A DNA stretch of 63,809 bases, filler included, from Klebsormidium nitens (taxonomy: Eukaryota; Plantae; Klebsormidiophyceae), in NCBI GenBank assembly GCA_000708835.1. It is 6 parts of 6 records of this genome, joined end to end, with 100 filler letters (N's around TTAATTAATTAA, not from the genome) between each part and the next. Parts side by side here need not be neighbours in the genome. Positions count along the whole stretch, not along the records: positions 57,212 to 62,517 come from DF238433.1; positions 62,618 to 63,809 come from DF238143.1; 4 more parts are not named here. One strand, written 5' to 3'. Position numbers and translations under genes: made by a program. A model generated the notes under the pieces. That model was not told the origin of the DNA and did not search any database. It saw nothing but the letters and a program-made list of their open reading frames with translations. How positions within the stretch are numbered: position 1 is the stretch's first letter; each line of letters begins with the position of its first letter. Below, piece after piece: positions 59,653 to 63,809 of this stretch.

Positions 59653-62333
59653 TGTTGAGATCCGGGAGCGTAGGCGCATGGAATCCAACGCTGGAGATTA
59701 GAAGCGCATGATTTGGTGCTTGATACGTCGACGGTTGTCCGACAGTAATATGGAGTTAGGTTATTGACAGTAACACCCGAAAGGCTTATTAAGATAATCG
59801 TTGACGTGAAAGAGATTCGATGTTAGCCGTCGATGTATGATATAGAGTGAAATTCTCGGCTTTACATAGTGACGCTCCATTGAGCCTACTAAGCTAGTAG
59901 TGTAGCCCTAAAGATAGGCCACGTCTCAAAACACTCTATATACATTGTGCGAACTTGATTGTTTCAACATCACTCCCAACAACGCTGTGTTTCAACGAAT
60001 CATGGGCCCACGGCGCTTAGGAGGAAGGAGTAGCCAAGGGTGCTCTTTTGTTGAATTCACACGCTCGTGCTTGGAACCTATGAGGGATTCAACGACCTAA
60101 GCTTACACACAAGCGCCTTCACAAAAGAAGCGCCTTAACTCTCACCAAGCATTTTTTAGTATGGATATCAATGACAGGACAATGGTTCAAGTAAAGTCCA
60201 ATTCCGTAGCTAGGTCTACTCCAAACTAGTTCGAGTCTACCATGACCCTTGATATGTGGACGTTGTCTACCATAACCCTTAGATATGTGGACGCTAAGTC
60301 GACGCCATAGCTATATTCATTCCAATCAACTACCATCGAACTTCCACACAGATCCGGTCTTAACTCTTGCATCTACCTTTTCCAGGTTCTTAATCTTCCA
60401 AGTCCTTCCAAATCTGTCCGGTCTTGATGTGCCATCTACTAGACATATTTCCTGTAAATCTGCCAAGCACTAAAATCCCTTTTTTCTTAATCCATCAGGC
60501 ATTCAATTCGTTTCATCTTAATCTGCCACGCACTCAACTTCTTTCCTGTAATTCTGCCAAGCTCTCCATCTCTTTCCCCTTAATCTGCCATGCACTCAAC
60601 TTCCTTCCTGTAAATCTGCCAAGCTCTCAATTTCTTTCCTCTTAATCTGCCATGCACTCAACTTCCATTCTGTAAATTTGTTAAGACCTCAATCTCTTTG
60701 ATTTCAAACTCATGAGTCCCAACTGTCCTTGCTCTTGATCCCAATAATTTGGCCTTCAATCAATCTTAATCTCAACACTCTATGCCGCGACGACGTTGTA
60801 AAGAAGCGGTCTCTTTCACATGTAACCATTGAGTAGGCAACACGCGAAATCCGCAAGGAAGAAAACCACGTTCCGTCCTGAAGAGAAGCAGCACAACGCG
60901 GTGGAATTCAGCCCATGGTTCTCTCTTGTCAATGAAGACATCGGTGCGGGTGGTCTACTTTGTCACGGATGCTCTCTAAGCCAAGGGGCATGTGAAAGCC
61001 CTGAGTAGAATCAAGTGACAGGGAAAGTCTTAAAGGGAACTTTTCCACCTTTGGTCTTGAGAAAGAGAAAAAGAGTGAAAAACCCTAAAATGGCTGTCGG
61101 GTACTAAGTGCACATGGACAAGCTTGGTGTAGACAACTATATCAGTTGAAGTCGCGGGATCAAGGTTCTTGTTGACGTAAGGATCTACGAATGACGGGTT
61201 CCAAGGAGCACGCATTTCAATCAACGAAAGCGTGGTCCTTCATTGGGCTGAACGTTAAGAACCATCATTTGAGAACGAGTAAGGCGTGCAAGATCGCAAA
61301 GGAAGCTTGGAATCTTCTTGAGGCGATCTACAAGAGCAAATTCAATGCCAAAAAGATGCACCTCAGGCAAGAGCCGCATTCCCTCAAGATGAAGTCGGGT
61401 GAGCCTCTGACCATGTGGCAAAGAACTTGTTTCGGAACTTGACAGCTACCGATTTCGAGTTGTAAGCCGGAGGAGCTGGCTTAAAGCGTGCTCGCAGGAT
61501 TGCCAAGCTCTTTCACTATGTTAAGATCAATTCTGGAGGCTTCGCAGGGGGCCGTGAGCAGGCTCGGTGGATGAGATTTCGCTGAAAATCTTTATCCAAG
61601 AGCAAAGGTTTCAACTGCCCATGGATGAGGGCGGTGGTGGCTTGGACTCCGCTGTGGGTTATGCAGCTCAGCGGAAAGGGAACAAGGAGAAAGGCCACGG
61701 CAAGGATGAGAGCTAGGGCAAGGGGCTACCATTGCGGAGCTTTGGGGAACATTGCCCGAAAGTGCAGCAAGCCAGATAGTTGGGAGCTCAAGCCAGAGCA
61801 AAAGAAGGGAGGGAAAGCTTCCAAAGGAGTGGCTTTAGCGTGATTGAGGGGGTAGCTGCCGACGAGTGGCTCGTCCATTTGGGTAGCTCCTAACACCTAA
61901 TCGGGGACAAGAGCCTATTTGAGACCCTCGACATGTTCGGGGGGAGTGGCCGGGAGTTCACGTTCGGGGACAAGGGAACCCTGTGAGCCGAGGGAAGCGG
62001 CTCGATTGAGCTCCGGTGTGCGACACCAACCGGAGAAAGTCTGTTCACTTCGCCAGAGAAGATGTATGTTCCAAGGGTGGCGGCAAACATGATCTGGGTG
62101 AGCAAGGCAACCAAGGTCGCGACGGTGCCGTTCAAGGAGAACAGCTGTGAGCTTGCGGTCGACGGGAAAGTAGTCCTCAAGTAGCTCGGAAAATGAAGGG
62201 GATCTACATGGTCGACAGGGCGGAAACGGACAAGTGTCTCCTCGCGAGGAAGCCAGAGACGGCGGAACTGTGGCATCGCCGGATGTAACACGCCGAATTT
62301 GAGAATCCGGCGAGATCTGGTGCAAGGGAACCT
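59653..62333 (+). mobile_element. Degenerate Ty1/Copia element: 5' LTR, PBS, long leader, gag, zinc knuckle, protease, pre-integrase
   Basis: LTR starts TGTTGAGATCCGGGA. PBS-like ATGGGCCCAC at ~60002. Gag EAWNLLEAIYKSK...LRQE..SLKMKSGE, knuckle CGALGNIARKC, protease-region WLVHLGSS.HL, and LWHRR. The last 200 nt resemble 21560-21730. Confidence 0.85.
60440..60700. repeat. Pyrimidine-rich ~60-bp tandem repeat (two ~30-bp subunits, about 4 copies) in the Copia leader
   Basis: CCTGTAAATCTGCCAAGC alternates with CTTAATCTGCCATGCACTCAACTT. Confidence 0.8.
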
Positions 62334-62517
62334 TGTTGAAACTCATGGTAGGGAGTCGTAGTGTAGTTGGGTTACTCGTCATCGGGTCTTATCGTGTTGC
62401 CCGGCACCCATGCTCATCACTCATTGATGGCAGCGATGCATCCTAAGAAGCTAAGAGGAACACACAAAGCGCCTCACAAGCGGCTTCCTTCTCTCCACAA
62501 AATTCTCTTAGAATGAT
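62334..62517 (+). mobile_element. Family-B LTR nested in the Copia pre-integrase region, cut by gap
   Basis: Copia coding similarity stops abruptly at TGTTGAAACTCATGGTAGGGAG, which matches 57385 onward. Confidence 0.7.
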
Positions 62518-62779
62518 NNNNNNNNNNNNNNNNNNNNNNNNNNNNNNNNNNNNNNNNNNNNTTAATTAATTAANNNNNNNNNNNNNNNNNNNNNNNNNNN
62601 NNNNNNNNNNNNNNNNNAAAGCAAGTTGGACTCAAGCAAGAGGGGCTAGATGAGTGACTGCTGGGGCGGCCTGCCTAAAAGACAGACTTCAGAGACAATT
62701 GGCAGGAACCCAGATCTGCGGCGCTGCAGAGAGGGCTGAAATACGCTGAACGACATCAAGCAAATGAATGTCAAGAACG

Positions 62780-63809
62780 TCAACCTGGCATGGGGGCTGA
62801 CTGGCTCTTCCAAGACGTACCAGTCAGGTTGAAGTGGAAGTGCGCGAAGATGCTATGGTACAGGCTCCGAACCAAGCCGTTCAGCAGCGGGCGCCCCTCC
62901 GACTCGTCACGGCTTGGGAAGTACCCGTCCATTCTCCGCATCCCCGCTTGCGCCTCGTCCAGGAAGGTGTTGAAGAAGTCCTGATTGGTTAGCCTTCGCA
63001 GCTCCTCCAACGTCGCTTGCAGCTTCAGCTCCACCGCCTCCCCTGACAGGCTTAGCAGGCAACCCCAAGTCTTCCGCGGCCAGTCCTGGAAACACAACAG
63101 AGGCCCATGAGCGACTTGGGAGCAGCGGAAAAAGAGGTCATGGCAATGAGATGAGACTGTGCAGACGGCGGAAGGGACAGGGTGCGAGATTGAGGTCACG
63201 TTTCAGGAAACATCACAGGAGCAAAGGGACTAACATCGATTGGTGTCTGAACCCCTGCCCCAAGAAGCTAATCTTCCAAGGAACAAGCAGCCCTCACCTC
63301 CTGTGCACTGATGCCGATGAGCTGGAACAAGAGGAAGCCCTTGGGGCTGGCGCGGTCTCTGTGCTGCCTCAGGTACTCGCGCAGGCCCAATGCAAAGGCC
63401 AGCAGGATGCGTGAAATGAATTTCCTCATGTCAAGAAGGCGGCGGCTCCGAAACTGGCGCAGGCGAGAAGCATCACCCCGAATCTCCTCATACGTGTCAG
63501 CAAACTTCTGCTCCAATCGGTGCATTGCCTCCCGCAGGATGCTCGTGCCGGGCTCTTTCTCTGTGGAGAAGCTCAGGTAAAAGCTGTACTCGTGGCAGGA
63601 TGCCTCGAGCGCCGTGCGGGACTTCCCGCCTCCTGAAGGCGCGATGAGCGCAGTCGCGCGCGTTTGCACCTGGTCCTGGCCCTTCCCCGATGCGTGCAGC
63701 TGCTTATTCTCCGCCAGCAGCGTCTGTGCGTTTGTTAGGCCAGGCTCGTTGCGCTCGGGAAGCTTCGTGAGCAGCAGGCTTGGGGAATTCCGGAAGAACA
63801 TGACAGAAA
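62780..63809 (-). CDS. Crinkler/CR-effector-type P-loop NTPase (partial; 5' end outside window, 3' end uncertain)
   Basis: Exon >63809-63298 (APSGGGKSRTALEASCHEYSFYL, Walker A) splices in phase 0 (GAG|gtgag ... ttccag|GAC) to exon 63085-62780 (FLDEAQ Walker B, F.S...RPLL..LVRS, LTGTS). Confidence 0.7.

Noticed and set aside
1-63809. tRNA, rRNA or snRNA genes
   Set aside because: None recognised by eye. The tRNA-complementary stretches are retrotransposon primer-binding sites.

Overview
This window is eukaryotic nuclear DNA, moderately GC-rich, with GT-AG introns and five 100-nt assembly gaps (N-TTAATTAATTAA-N). Plant-type proteins, plastid transit peptides and a plant-type mitochondrial nad5 insert point to a streptophyte alga (Klebsormidium-like; inference). 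I reconstructed four intact multi-exon genes by hand: the Holliday-junction resolvase GEN1 (3758-12101 +); a ~1312-aa acidic plastid protein with a C-terminal atypical thioredoxin fold resembling MRL7/RCB/NCP (13599-20421 -); an ADS/FAD5-type acyl-lipid desaturase (40243-45237 +); and a plastid 2-Cys peroxiredoxin (47838-52158 +). A partial Crinkler-type (CR) P-loop NTPase gene lies at the right edge. The remainder is TE-rich and pseudogene-rich. It includes degenerate Ty1/Copia elements primed by a half tRNA-iMet (one LTR carries both a PPT and a PBS), a Gypsy fragment, TA-flanked MITEs, a TGTTG...CAACA fold-back element and several tandem arrays. It also holds a divergent H3.3-like histone pseudogene (K27R, K14G), a QALGGH zinc-finger pseudogene, a Cys-type LysM pseudogene and a nad5 NUMT bracketed by splice signals. 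A recurring oddity is tandem duplication of exon/intron boundaries inside host introns. All family assignments come from motif recognition, not database searches.
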